A stretch of DNA of 64,000 bases from Octopus vulgaris (lineage: Eukaryota), in the NCBI GenBank assembly GCA_951406725.2, contig OX597820.1:69874001-69938000 (forward strand). The letters run 5' to 3'. The notes beneath the pieces were generated by a model that was given only the letters and a program-made list of their open reading frames with translations, had not been told where the DNA came from and made no database searches. Position numbers and translations under genes: made by a program. This document shows positions 13,213 to 27,918 of the stretch, piece by piece. How positions within the stretch are numbered: position 1 is the first letter of the stretch; each line of letters begins with the position of its first letter.

Positions 13213-14097
13213 CGTGGTCTGATCAATAAGTATCAAGACTGTTGCCATAGTAACGAAGGTAATGAAGCTAAGGAAAGGAGAGTGAAGCCGCTAGGCACAA
13301 ATTGACCTTGAAGTCTGCTGTGCACGCACATTAGGTTTTAACGTTCTAGCTCGGTTCTGCTGTTTAAAACAGTGCTTGGAAGGAAGGTGTGTAGTGTGTG
13401 ATCGTCGCATTGATAATGACAGATAAATTTGAGCAAAGAAACTGCCTCAAATTTTGCCAAAAGCTTGGCAATCTCTGTTCAGAGACCTACACAGAGTTTT
13501 CAAAAAGTTTTTATTGTACTACACAAAATCAAGGAAATCTTGTGCAACTGAAACCTGAGTGTGTTTTTGGTCTGCTGAAACCAGTTTTGGCACAAACTTA
13601 GCTGACACGCGTCTCATACCCAGATCTTCGGTAATAATGGACTGAAATGAACCGTAAATAATCTGCATCTTTTCTGATAACTTACGGATGGTGATTCGAC
13701 GATTTCTCCTTACAGATTCACGCATATCTGCAATGTTTTTCTCAGTTCTGCAGGTTGCGGCTCTCCCAGAACGTTCGTCAATATCAACATTTCTTCGGCC
13801 ATCTTGGAATCGTCTGAACCACTCGTACACTTCTCTCCATACACTTTCTGCAACTTTGAGTAGGCTCCTTAGCAGGTGCCGTCATGAAAACTTTCTCTGT
13901 CGTGGTCAATGTGACAATCACATACTACACACCTTCCTTCCAAGCACTGCTGTAAACAGTGGAAGTGAGCTAGAACGGTAAAAATTAGTGCGCATGCACA
14001 GCAGAGTTCAAGGTTAATCTGTGCCAAGCGGTTTCACTCTGCGTGCTTTAGCTTCCTTACTATGGCAACAGTCCGAATAAATATTGATCAAACTTCG
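13213..14097. mobile_element. mariner derivative made of two inverted 5' halves
   Basis: TA flanks. About 210 bp at each end are inverted copies. The left arm reads MTDKFEQRNCLKFCQKLG and the right arm (minus strand) carries a longer transposase N-terminus. Confidence 0.85.
13519..13830 (-). pseudogene. mariner transposase N-terminal fragment
   Basis: YEWFRRFQDGR..DERSGR...RRITIR...LGMRRVSAKFVPKL: an HTH plus a WVPHEL-equivalent motif, with no catalytic domain. Confidence 0.85.
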
Positions 14098-14700
14098 TAT
14101 ATACTTACATACACGCATATATTCATAAATGCAAGCATTACCATCATACATGAATACACGAATATACATTCAAATATACAAAGATATGTATATGCAGTCC
14201 TCCCTCCCTCCCTACCTACATACATACATACATACATACATACATACATACATACATACTTACATCAATGGCATATCGCATACTTAAAAACTTCATTTAT
14301 CCCATACTGTATCTCGTTAAGAATTCTCTCTTTCTTTTTACCAATTTGTTGAAGCAATTGTAACTTATTCTTGTAATTGTCATTCTGACGACAATAGCTA
14401 GGAATATTTTTCAATATTCTTTTCTTTTTATCTTTGTTGATTCTGTCTCAACAGCAAAACCATCGCTTTCTTTTCCTGCAGAGATTTCGCTTAAGTAAAA
14501 CAGATTTTTTTCCCTAATGTGCAGGCAAACGCGTACGCGTCGATTTTTTTTCTTTTTATTGTCCGTTTTGTGTTCAGTTTGAGTGCGTGTGTGTTTGTGT
14601 GTGTGCGTATGTGTATGCGTGTGTGTATGTATGAACATATAAATATATATATGTTTGTATATATATATATGTATGTATATATATGTATATATATATATAT

Positions 14701-14772
<72 letters not shown>

Positions 14773-14986
14773 CATATATGTATATGTATGTAATATATAT
14801 ATACGTATTAGTAATTAGTTATATGTAAAGTATATATATATATATATATATATCAAATGTCCGTATATGCGCTCATACATATACAGACATATATGATATA
14901 TATATATATACATATAGACACAAAAAGATATGCACTCACATGTACATACTCAAATATCGGGATAGGTAAAGTACTACATTCACACA

Positions 14987-15043
<57 letters not shown>

Positions 15044-15594
15044 GTATGTACATGTATGCATGCATACATGTATGGATGGATGGGTGGATGAATGGATGAA
15101 TGAATGGATACACGCTCACACACAGATACTTGCCATTTCTCTTCCGTTTTAATTGCCATTGTATTCCAGGCCCTAATCACACTTCTTTTATCAACAGGGG
15201 TGTGTACTTTTATTATCTTTATTATTATTCAATTTTTTTTTTGTATGCATAGGAGTTATTTTATGTCTATTTATTTTTCTTATTACTGTTTTTTTTTTTC
15301 CAATTTATTATTATCATTATTTTATTATTATTATTATTTTTGGTATCATCGCTATTATAATTTAGTGTTATTATTATTATCATTATTGTTGTTGTTGTTG
15401 TGGTGGTTATCGGTATTATTAATAGTGCTGTAGTTTTTCCTTTTGTTTTATATCTGATGTTGATTGCATCACTCAATCAGCATTCTAATTCTTGATACAA
15501 ATAAGCTATGAATAACAAGAAGAACAACACTATCAAACATGCAGTATAATTATCTACACGAAAAAAAAATGGCACATATATATATATGTATATA

Positions 15595-15627
<33 letters not shown>

Positions 15628-15816
15628 ATATTTAAAAATTGTTACTATGCACTTATAGATACATGCGCGTTTTTGCGTGTGTCAGTGTGATGCGTGGAGA
15701 CATGTGCGTGTGTGTGTATGTGTGTGCATGCGTCTGAATGTTGAGATATGTTCAGAGTATTTATGTGCACTTATTTGTCTTCTGTACACGCAACTGCATT
15801 TTGAATGAGTTTATGT

Positions 15817-15872
<56 letters not shown>

Positions 15873-16261
15873 CATTAAGCTATAAAATATAGACGTATTG
15901 AGTAAAAGTTGCTTTTCTACTGAACGAAGTTGAAAGAATTAACTACAGTCATAGAACCATTTCACTTACATTCATGCGTACGGAATATTTGAATACATTT
16001 CACATAGGAAGTTAACTACAGCAGTAAGGCAATTTTTATGAATGTATGTATGCATGTATATATGTATGTATGTATGTATGTACGTACGTATGTATGTATG
16101 TATGTATGTATGTATGTATGTATGTATATTTATCTATATCTCTCTCTCTATCTATCTATCTATCTATCTATCTGTCTGTCTGTCTGTCTGTCTATCTATT
16201 TATTTACCTATCTGTATAGCTGAGTGTCTATCTCTCTATCTATCTATCTATCTTTCTATCT

Positions 16262-16359
<98 letters not shown>

Positions 16360-16362
16360 TTT

Positions 16363-17100
<738 letters not shown>

Positions 17101-17141
17101 AGTAGGATGGAGCAGCCTTGACCATAGGGCTGCTCGTTAAA

Positions 17142-17159
17142 CAGTGCCCTCTAGCGACC
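17142..17159 (-). promoter_or_regulatory. CTCF-like motif
   Basis: The reverse complement GGTCGCTAGAGGGCACTG resembles the CTCF core CC(A/G)C(C/T)AG(A/G)(G/T)GGC(A/G). Confidence 0.35.
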
Positions 17160-17550
17160 TGCAACAAGAGCAAGTATGACGTTATTATAATTACTTCATT
17201 TGGAATACCATGAACTGCTTAAGTTACTCAAGGGATTTACTCAGAGGCATCATTCATATGAAAGAAAGAGTTAAGTTATCGTTAACTATAATAAATGGCT
17301 AACATCAATTGATTTTCAGCATGTAGTGGAGATAAATGCCGATACGCTTTTCTCTTATAGTCATTCCGCAAAGCAGACATCATCGTGCCTTGCGTAATAT
17401 CGATGAGAGAACCTTTAAGCAAAAGTATAATGGACATAACAGATGTTTTTCATTGCCGTGATATCTACCTTGTTCAGACCAACTGTGTAACTATTTTCTA
17501 TATACTTTTGTAACAATTTGAAATTAACTGTTAGATTGCTTAAAATATTA

Positions 17551-17765
17551 GTTTCAAATTTTGGATCAAGGCCAACAATTTCGGGGGCCGAGGGTAAGTC
17601 AATTACATCGACCCCAATGATCAACTGGTACTTATTTTATTGACCCCCGAAAGGATAAGAGGCAAAATCGACCCCGGCTGAATTCAAACTTAGAACGAAA
17701 GACGGATGAAATGTCGCTAAGCATTTTGCCCGGCGCGGTAACGAATCTGCCAGATAGACGCCTTC
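17551..17765 (-). mobile_element. family A SINE monomer with 16-bp TSD
   Basis: Flanked by perfect ATTGCTTAAAATATTA at 17535-17550 and 17766-17781. Confidence 0.85.
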
Positions 17766-18227
17766 ATTGCTTAAAATATTACATGCTTTAATATATAAAA
17801 AAATTTTTCATGGATATAAATAACTGAAATTGGTGTGTATCTTTATCAGACGCTCGTGTGTCTTATGCTAACAAATACGGTATTATTTTTGATAACAGCA
17901 TATCAATCAAATAATAGCAATTTCTAGTGTTAAAGAAATCATTGGAAATTTCACAACCTGAAAATGTATAGGGACATACAAGCAACCTATTATTACCACT
18001 TGGTATCAGGGTTGGACAAGAAAATTTTACATTTTCAGTATTGAATAATATGCCACATTAAAAAACTCTGAAGATTTTAAAGATAATCGCCAAAAGAAAT
18101 TAAGTTATTGAAACTAAATTCAACACCGCTTATCGTAATTCAGAATACCTGACAATAAATCTATCATACACATACGAATACATACATACACACTCATGCA
18201 TACGTACATACATAAATAAATAAATAA

Positions 18228-18328
<101 letters not shown>

Positions 18329-19665
18329 ACAAAACACCAATAATACAGATGTTGGCATTTATAATGTAATACAAATGTTATGTTGGTACATGTTTCTGTA
18401 TAAAACAACAGGTGCAACGATTTTGATTATTATATTTTGCAATAAATCATCAGGTGCTACCAGTAAAATCTTCAGTGTAATATAATGCTGTAAATGAAAC
18501 ATCATATCGTTTATAGATGTCACTTTGCATTTTTTGGTAAAAAATTGCTTTATCATTTTATCTTAGTTGATTTGTCTAGGATGTTTTCAGTATACATTTT
18601 GTATAATGCATTTGAATCATAACAATATTCGTCGTCTGTTTATTCAAGTTAACTTCACAATATATCAAGTACAATGGATTTTTATTGCAAAAGAAAGTTA
18701 ACATATTTGATGTACCTTCTTTTTATTGATGTTTCCTTATTTATGTTTTAATATTTCCAGAAACTAAAAGTAGAGACTCCTGTCAAAATCTTCCTGGCAT
18801 GCAACTTATGTCGCGCTCAAGACAATTCTTTCTCACTCTGTAGCCTTCGATTATGACATTGTTGATCAATAATTGATCTTTACAACAACATAAATCTTTG
18901 AAGCTTCAAGCGAAGATTCACAAAAAAATAGCTTCAAAGGTTTTCTCTTCAAAGTACCCTCTTATTTTAAGTGCTGGTTTGTTTACTTTCTTGTAACTTG
19001 GCGGTTCGAGAAAAAATGAGGACAATAGAATATGTAACAGACTAAAAGAAACAAAGATTCTGCGGTCGATTTCTTCGACTAAACTGTTTAAGGCGGTGCC
19101 CCAACTTGGCCGTAGTCCAATGACTGAAACAAGTAAAGGATAAACGAAACAAATTCAGCTTCGTTTTTCTCTTTGTGTCTCTTATTCTTGCTTTCATTAT
19201 CATTAAAACTGCCACTCGTCGTCTGAAAGACACCTCTAAGTTTTAGTGCATGCGTTTGAATATATATATGTAGTGTCAATATACTTCACAAAACATGCAT
19301 CATGGCTCCCAGCGGTGAATTTATTTCGTACGGATCTTGCCTGCATTGTTTGATCGCCTCTGGTCTCATGTAATCAATGCTTCACTTTCATCCTAAAATG
19401 TTAATATTTGATTTTGTTGAAAATAAAGTTATATTTTCGTTTTCTAATTTTCTACATTCAACTAAATGTTTTCCGTGTATTATTCACCAATCACCACCTA
19501 CGCATCCGTTGCCTAACAACAATATACAGTTGTTGGCGACGCTTCTTTTCTCCACAAGTCTATCAGAGGTGGTCAAACTGATATAATTTTGCATTGAGAC
19601 AGCTGGTGAGAGTCCAAACAATCTTCCTATTCTCTTTATTTGTAAACTTTGGCATGTTTTTATGC

Positions 19666-19698
<33 letters not shown>

Positions 19699-20457
19699 TG
19701 TATGTATGTATGTATGTATGTATGTATGTATGCATGTATGTATGTATGTATGTACGTATGTACGTATGTATGTATGAATGTAACCGATTGAATGGTCATC
19801 TCAGGCTTCTTAATAGCACCGAAGTATGTCTTGGTTTAGCTGTTGAGTCCAAGTAAAATAAGTAGAGTACTTACGTCTACTTAAATAACTTACTGGTGAA
19901 ATAGTTCTGTTTTCATCAGCGATGACATTGTTAGTTTCATCTGTAGCGGTGTTAGTTTCAGCCATAATCGTGGTACATAATTTCCACGTGGTGTAGATAC
20001 ATATAAAATCTGTTCAGGATAATGCTACGTTGGTGAGTAAAAATTGTTTCTCTTATTAATTATTGGAGAAATAAACCAGTTACCGATTTAGGCTGGAGAC
20101 GTCGGCATATTTCTAGAGGAAGGTGTTGAAAAGGGACTTTTCAACGGTCCTCTACACCTGCACGTCCGATGTTGACAGAGCTATGATGTATATATATGTA
20201 TGTGTATATATATATATATATACAGGTACGTATATATATATATATAAAAGAAATAATGGTGTCATTGAGACCCGAAGGTGTCAGGTAATGCTGAATAAGT
20301 GCTATAGACAAACCATAGTTAAGTTCCAGATTCGGTAACATTGCGAATAAATGGTTCAACGTTGGTTCTATGTCAGCTTGTGTATATAAGAATTTTTTGC
20401 GTAATAAGATAAAAAAAAACAAGGCTGTGTAGATATTAGAGCATTTATAGATAGAAG

Positions 20458-20509
20458 GTCTTACAGCTGTTTCTTGGATATTTATTAATTATATTCCTTC
20501 ATCGGAGAC
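20458..20509 (-). ncRNA. type I hammerhead ribozyme, CCGAUGA variant
   Basis: Reverse complement: GTCT-CCGATGA-AGGAATAT...ATATCCAA-GAAA-CAGCTG-TA-AGAC, with palindromic ACAGCTGT. Confidence 0.6.
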
Positions 20510-20763
20510 GGCGGGAGACGATAGTTAAGTCATAGTTAGTTTAGATGTGATACAAAATAGAGAGTGAGGTGGAGGAAAGAAAATAGATGCAAGATATGTA
20601 TGGGTATTGAAGTTGTAAATCCATTTTATAGGCATAATGTTATATATGCAATATTCCAATATCCTATGAGTAAAGTCCAAAAGTCCAACAGAGTTTAAAA
20701 TGAGTCCTTCCAAATATAGAGTTTATAAGCAATGTAAGATTCCCTTAACTATCCTCTCACACC

Positions 20764-20815
20764 GTCTCCGATGACGGGATATAATTAATAAATATCCTAG
20801 AGACAACTGTAAGAC
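20764..20815 (+). ncRNA. decayed hammerhead (inverted partner of 20458-20509)
   Basis: GTCT-CCGATGA-CGGGATAT...ATATCCTA-GAGA-CAACTG-TA-AGAC. GAAA is mutated to GAGA. Confidence 0.45.
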
Positions 20816-21035
20816 TTTCTATCTATAAATGCTCTAATATCTACACAGCTTTGGTTTTTTTATCTCATTACGCAAAAAATTCTTATATATATATATATAT
20901 ATCAATAACAAAGTGGAGTTGTGGGATATATACATACATATTTACATACATACATACATACATGCATGTATACATACGTATGTAAACATGTGCGTATAGT
21001 TTGTTTATAATACATATACATATATGCAGCTGTAC

Positions 21036-21087
<52 letters not shown>

Positions 21088-21278
21088 ATACATATAATAA
21101 TAATATTAGGGAGTATAACTCCAAACTTACAGGGAAAATTTCGATTTAATATTAAATCAAATTTCACAATATAAATAAAACCACTATTATGTAATTCAAA
21201 CAAAAATATTTTATGCATACACACACACACGCGCACACACATACACACACACGTACACACACACGTACACACACACGT

Positions 21279-21317
<39 letters not shown>

Positions 21318-21349
21318 CGTATATATATATATACATACGCATATATATA

Positions 21350-21640
21350 AAGGGGTAAAGACCCCCTTCGGTCAGGCACTGACCATGAGTTTGCACTTAG
21401 AGAGATACCCTCTGAGGCACAAGTCTGGGCAAGGTTGTTTTATGGAAGACCAGCAGTCGCCCATGCATACCGGCCTCCCCTCTCCACGTCACCGATGTTG
21501 TCCAAGGGAAAGGCAAGGGCCGATACAGCTTGGCACCTGTGACGTCGCAACTCATTTCTACAGCTGAGTGAACTGGAGCAACGTGAAATAAAGTGCCTTG
21601 CTCAAGAACACAACACGCAGCCTCGTCCGGGATTCGAGCT
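21350..21640 (-). mobile_element. 5'-truncated SINE with CORE-like module
   Basis: CAGCTGAGTGAACTGGAGCAACGTGAAATAAAGTGCCTTGCTCAAGAACACAAC is shared with ~25565-25625 and ~38147-38200. Confidence 0.7.
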
Positions 21641-21641
21641 C

Positions 21642-21703
<62 letters not shown>

Positions 21704-21767
21704 GTGCTCTCTTTCGGGTGAGCGTTCTGAGTCTAGTTCTGGAAATCGTTTTTGTAAGACTAAGACC

Positions 21768-21829
21768 ACGCTGATGAGTTTGCAGATATTTACATTCGTA
21801 AATATTAATAAACGAAACTATTGCTGCGT
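21768..21829 (+). ncRNA. hammerhead-like motif (stem III and cleavage site degenerate)
   Basis: ACG-CTGATGA-GTTT...ATATTTAC-ATTC-GTAAATAT...AAAC-GAAA-C...CGT. Confidence 0.55.
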
Positions 21830-22029
21830 AGATAATTGCTTTATATTTCGTATATTTCCATTTTTCGTGCTCATGTTTACATCCTGGCGTTTTGCTGAAA
21901 TTTTTCTTGAGAACACATTCTTTGTGGTAAGGCGATTTGACGAGTATCTTAAGCATATTAGGAGTCCACTTTGATGTTCATTCCTCTTAATTTGTATGTA
22001 ATATATACATACATATGTATATTTGTATT

Positions 22030-22068
<39 letters not shown>

Positions 22069-24367
22069 GTGTGTGTGTGTGTGTGTGTGTGTTCGTGTAT
22101 GTATGTATGTATGCGTGAGCACGCACATATTTGTGAATGCATATGTGTGTGTACGTGTGCGTGCGTATGTATGTATATATTATGTATGCATGTATGTATG
22201 CCTCTGTGTATAGCCTCTGTGCTAGTAACAAATATAGTAGAGTGGAGGCTGAGGTTTGGATACAGGCAGGGCTGGTGGAAATGCTGAGAGACTCGTAGGT
22301 CGTATTCTTAGGCAACGAACAAAGTCGATACTACGGCTATTTACACGTCTATTTTTTTCTATTTTACCTCAACTTACCAGCCAGCCAGCCAGTTATCGGT
22401 ATCGAATGCCCCTTCACCAACCATCGTCTTTGTCGTAAACCATGGTCACACACACATACACACGTGTGTGTGTGTGAATATGTATGTGCTTATGTGTGTA
22501 TGCGTTTGTGCGTGGTTGTGACCAAAGTTTTGATTGTGCGTATTTACTTTTTAGTCATGTTATTTTAAAAGATCTACTGGTTATATACTTACAATTATAC
22601 GCAAATCTTTTATTATAATTCCTGTTTAATAACGTGTATGTATGTATGTACGCGTATGTGTGTGTGTGTACGTGCATGTGTGCGTACAATTAACATAATG
22701 TGTTTTCAGGAGTAGTAACCATTGTGAGACACCAAACCGCCTGCAAGACTTGTATTGGAAGAATTAGAAAATAATAGTATTGCTAGCACGCCATTGTATG
22801 GAAGGGAGAGAACTGTGTTGACCTTTGACGAAATGGTTAACTGACGTCAGATTTCAATAGATCTCATGATTGATCGACTATTCAAACTGTCATCTTTGTG
22901 ACATTGTTCCATACAAAGATACAGAAATTAATTCACAGTCATCGATTGACATTTTGTCCAGTTCAGATCATTCTGCTATCAGGTTGTAATTTTGCAGTTA
23001 TTTGAATGGATAAATAAATTTAAAAAGAACCATTCGATAGGCAAATATCAAAAGTATACTATTTCATTCGTAACGATATTGATTTATTTTAACACGGAAT
23101 GAAGGCCACTATTTGAATGATAGGAAGACAGTATGGACATTTTAGTCTCAGTATATCACTAGTACCATTTTATCAAAACTTTTTATGAAAGCCTCGAAAA
23201 GGGAGTGGCAAATACCTACTTCATTTGGCGTGATTCCTTTAAAAGGGAAAATAATTTCATTTCATTAGGGAAAATACATTTTCTGTATTACTTGGGAATT
23301 ATATGCAGGATCTTGAAAACCTAGTTCCACTTTTAAATAGCTCGCTGAAAATTATTCTGGAGCAACAGTATCAGTTGATACACCATTGCAGAAAGAATGT
23401 TTCTCTCCACTCAATCAAGAGAAGATGTTTTGCTAATAAACTGACATCTGTTGAAGAAATTTCTAACTACCTCTTTGGGCGCCTTTTGCCACAAGATGCA
23501 GTCCTTGTTAAACTATGGTAACTTGTGAGCCTCTATGGCCCAGAGAATTATGCCATCGGAGCGCAATTTTCTGGTGGGTTCTCCTATGCTGTGACAGGTC
23601 AAATAGATAGTGGGTAAAGTTAGTCCAAATAGATATGGGCCAAATTTACACAGAAGTATAAACGGGTTTACGTTGGCCCAACGATCCTATCTAGAAAGGG
23701 CAAAGTTGACATTACAAGACCAGAAACACCTGGGAGAAGGAAGCCTTTAATCAGGGAAGTAGAAAAGACAGATCAGATAACAGTGGATAAAATTCGTCGT
23801 TGGCCGACGCTTTACTGGGAGTAAAAGGCTTAAGTAAATATTTGGACGCCAGATGAAATTGAATGACATTCTGGTGAGATCTGATCTCGAGCGAACGATA
23901 TTACATATATTAATAATGCCTTGTACATCTTTTCTATGACTCTGTAGCCCTTGTTTATTTAAGTTCGTAGTCCAGCGTTGGGGTAGAGAATATGTATGCG
24001 ACAGAATGCAGGCAAGTGAACCTATCCGCCTATAGCTCGGGAAGGACTTTGATTTCTGGACACGGAAACACACGCACACACACACACACACACACACATG
24101 TATGTATGCATGAATGTATGGTGGCAAACATAAGCACAAAGACGACTACTTACGTATATATAAATATATATATATGTGTGTGTGTATACATATATATATA
24201 TATATGTGTGTATATATACATGTATATATTTATATATATATATATATGTGTGTGTAGATATATGTATGTATACACACACACATATGTACGTACATATATT
24301 ATATACACATGTATACATGTATGTATGCATGTATGTATGTACGTCATTTTTCAGTTTATTTCACGAT

Positions 24368-24651
24368 TTCTCGAGCCATACCAGGCTCATAAGGGCCGTT
24401 TTTCCGGTTTCCTTGACGTATAGTTTCCCCACCTAGATGGGACGCCGGTCCGTCGCAGGTGAGCTGCAAGATGCAAGAGGAAAGAGTGAGAGAAAGTTGT
24501 GGCGAAAGAGTCAGCAGAAGTTCGCCATTACCTTCAGCCGTAGACGCGTGGAGCTTAGGTGTTTCCACACACATCGCTCGTTCTGAGATTTAAACCCGCG
24601 ATCCCTCGACCACGAATCCGCTGCTCTAACCACTAGGCCATGTGCCTCCAC
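24368..24651 (-). mobile_element. tRNA-derived SINE, family C
   Basis: The reverse-complement head is GTGGAGGCACATGGCCTAGTGGTTAGAGCAGCGG. It contains the CTGCGACGGACCGGCGTCCCATC module. Confidence 0.8.
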
Positions 24652-24999
24652 TTAAGTGACGTTAGTTCATATAAAAAGAATACTTAAAAATGAACGTAAC
24701 AACCAGTTAACTACGTTAAGTTAAACTAAAATACTTCTAATTTTGCGTTAGTTCAGTTAACAATCTGCTCTAAAAAATATAATACTAAACAAAATTAAAT
24801 GTTCACACTACTTTTACTACTGTTCTACAACTTGTTCAGTTGTACTGCTTCAAGCACAAATTCTTCAAAATAAAACTCGGTTATACGTAGTCACGCACAT
24901 GAAGATACAACCATACAGATAATACACACACAGTTGTGGTAATTCATATGTAAAAACATGTATGTATGTATGTATATTTGTACGTCTGTATGTGTAAGC

Positions 25000-25059
<60 letters not shown>

Positions 25060-25369
25060 AATATTTACACACACACATATAAGATAAACGTTTGTATTTA
25101 GAATTAGATGGGAAAATACCCTTCGAAACAGATTTTCTAAATTCTAAAGAATAAATTATGTGCTACTTTAAACTGTTAAGTGATACATTAAATTACTGGA
25201 GATACCTCAGGTACAGCTTTGAGGTGAACATTGTTGGACAATATTTACCAAAACCAGGAAAATGCATGTGTACTTGACTGCCGAAATGTAAATCTGATAA
25301 TTGTTGTTAGCGCAGATTCAGCTTTAACATATGTGCATGTGTCTGTATGTATATATATATATATATATA

Positions 25370-26110
25370 GGAGCACTCCGTCGGTTACGACGATGAGGTT
25401 TCCAGTTGATCCGATCAACGGAACACCCTGCTCGTGAAATTGACGCGCAAGTGGCTGAGCACTCCACAGACACGTGTACCCTTAACGTAGTTCTCAGGGA
25501 GATTCAGCGTGACACAGAGTGTGACAAGGCTGGCCCTTTGAAATACAGGTACTACTCATTTTTGCCAGCTGAGTGGACACGGGCAACGGGAAATAAAATA
25601 AAGTGTCTTGCTCAAGGACACAACGCGTCTTTGAACTCACGACCATACGACCATGAGCCGAATGCCCTAACCACTAAGCCACATGCCGTGTTCAGCACTC
25701 ATTCTCGTATTCGACATTTACGTATATATATTATTTTTACGTGGCACTCTGTCGGTTACGGCGAGAGGGTTCCAGCTGATCCGATCAACGGAACAACATG
25801 CACGTGAAATTAACGTGCAAGTGGATGAGCAATCCACAGACACATTGCACCCTTAACGTAGGAGATTCAGGGATATTCAGCGTGACACAGAGTGTGACAA
25901 GGCTGACCCTTTGAAATACAGGTGCAACAGAAATCGGAGGAGAGAATGTTGTGGTGAAAGAGTATAGCAGGATTCACCACCACCCCTGCCGGAGCCTCGT
26001 GGATCTTTTGGTGTTTTCGCTCAATAAACACTCACAATGCCCGATCTGGAAATCGAAACCGCGATCCTATGACCGCGAGTCAGCTGCCCTAACCACTAGG
26101 CCTTTGCGCC
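25370..26110 (-). mobile_element. two adjacent SINEs sharing a ~170-bp tail but with different central modules
   Basis: ~25372-25550 matches ~25744-25923. The tRNA-like heads end near 25690 and 26110. Confidence 0.75.
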
Positions 26111-27339
26111 CCCCCCCCCCCCATATAAAGCACCAATCCAGAACACCACAGATAAATATATGAATGAGAAGGAAGGCGAAACAAGTCTAAAACCTGGAAA
26201 CAGTGAAGGGGAATCTAGTGATTATGATACTATAAAAATGAGCATAATCAATACCAGCAGATGGCAACGTTTCTCTAAAAGAAATGGAGAAACTTTCAAA
26301 ATACAAAGACCTGGAAATAGGGGTAACTCGAATGTGGAATCTAAAACCAGAAACAATTCGTATCATAGTGCATTACGTATGATAAAAATATTCAGATAAA
26401 TACATAACAATAACACCAGGACTTACAAATATATGTAACATACAGATTTCAAAATGGACCCAAAAATCAAAATAGACAATAAAACAACATCAATAATAAA
26501 TAGCATAAACCTGGCCGTCACAGAACTAATATCCACAGAAACAAATGCCAATATCACTGAGCTAACAAACAAACCCTGTGGATAAAAAATAACCAAAAAG
26601 AAAAACAAAGAAAAGTTCTGTCAATTCTTAACGAAATTAGTAGACAATCAAAACTACTAAGCAACAAGAAGAAAACAAAACTACGGAGATAAAAGAAAAG
26701 CTAAAGCAAGATATCTTTGTCAAAGCACAAAGGATCCGCCAGTATGAGAAACGCCAACAATTCTTTGAAGAAAACAAACACTTCAGCTCCAACCCCAAAA
26801 AATTCTACCAAGAACTTAGCAAAAATAAAATTTACATCAATGTAGCACCTACAGCAGAAGAAGTGAAAGAATTTTAAAAAGAAATATGGTCGGTGAAGCA
26901 ACAACCGCAGAAAAGGACTATTAAAACAACGAACTTAGTACCTGAACAACTCTGGACCCCTAAAACAACTGAAGAGGTTACCCAAAGACTGCAAAGGCTA
27001 AGCAACTGGAAGGCACCTAGGCACGACAAGATGCCCAACTTCTGGTTAAAATATCTGACAGGAATACACAAAAAGCTGGCTGAAAACTTTAACGACTTAC
27101 TAGCAGAGACAGAGACTATGCCTGGATGTTTCACGAAAAGGAAGTCTATCCTAATTCTCAAATCCACTGAAACTGCAAAACCACAAAACTACAGACTAAT
27201 AACCTGTCTCCCTACAATTTACAAAACCTTTAGAGCAATAATATCGCAGAGATTGAGCAAGCATCTGGAAGAAAACAGTCTGTTTCCAGAAGAGCAAAAG
27301 AGATGATGCTAGGGCTCATACGGCTGTAAAGACCAAAAA

Positions 27340-27918
27340 ATGATCAATAAAGCCATAACTGAAGACAGCCGTAGAAAGAAGAAAGGTCTCAGTATGGCCT
27401 GGGTCGACTACCGAAAGGCTTTTGATACTATTTCCCACACGTGGATCCTCGAAACACTAGCCATGAACAAGGTAGCACCAATAATCATAAAATACATAAG
27501 ACACTCAATGAATAAATGTCAGATAGTAATACAGCTCCAAACAAAAGAGGAACATGTCAAAACTAAAGCCATCCCCATTAGAAGAGGAATATTCCAGGGA
27601 GACACGCTCTCTCCACTCCATTTTTGCTTGGCACTGACACCTTTATCTGACATGCTAAATAGAACTGAATGCAAATACAAATGTTGCGGCAGAACAATCA
27701 GCTACCTCTTATATATGGATGGCCTAAAACTATATGCTACAAATGATAAACAGCTGGAAACACTACTACAGACAGTACATGGATTTACCAAAGAAATAGA
27801 TATGAAATTTGGCTTAGAAAAATGTGCCAATGCAACCTTGAAAAAACCAGTTAAGAATAACAACATCATACTAGATAAAGTCAATGAAATAAAAGAATTG
27901 AACCAAAGCCAGACATAG
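27340..27918 (+). pseudogene. reverse transcriptase core fragment of the R4/Dong element
   Basis: 192-aa ORF with DYRKAFD, QGDTLSP, YMDG and KFGLEKC. Confidence 0.9.

Larger units (their letters stand above)
20383..20888. mobile_element. inverted-repeat element (~146-bp arms, ~214-bp spacer) with a hammerhead-like motif in each arm
   Basis: 20383-20529 is the reverse complement of 20744-20888 with mismatches. The termini are TATATA. Confidence 0.75.

Noticed and set aside
23303-23521. 72-aa ORF in unique sequence as a possible exon or hAT remnant
   Set aside because: No recognisable motif in any frame I checked and no convincing splice-site pair.
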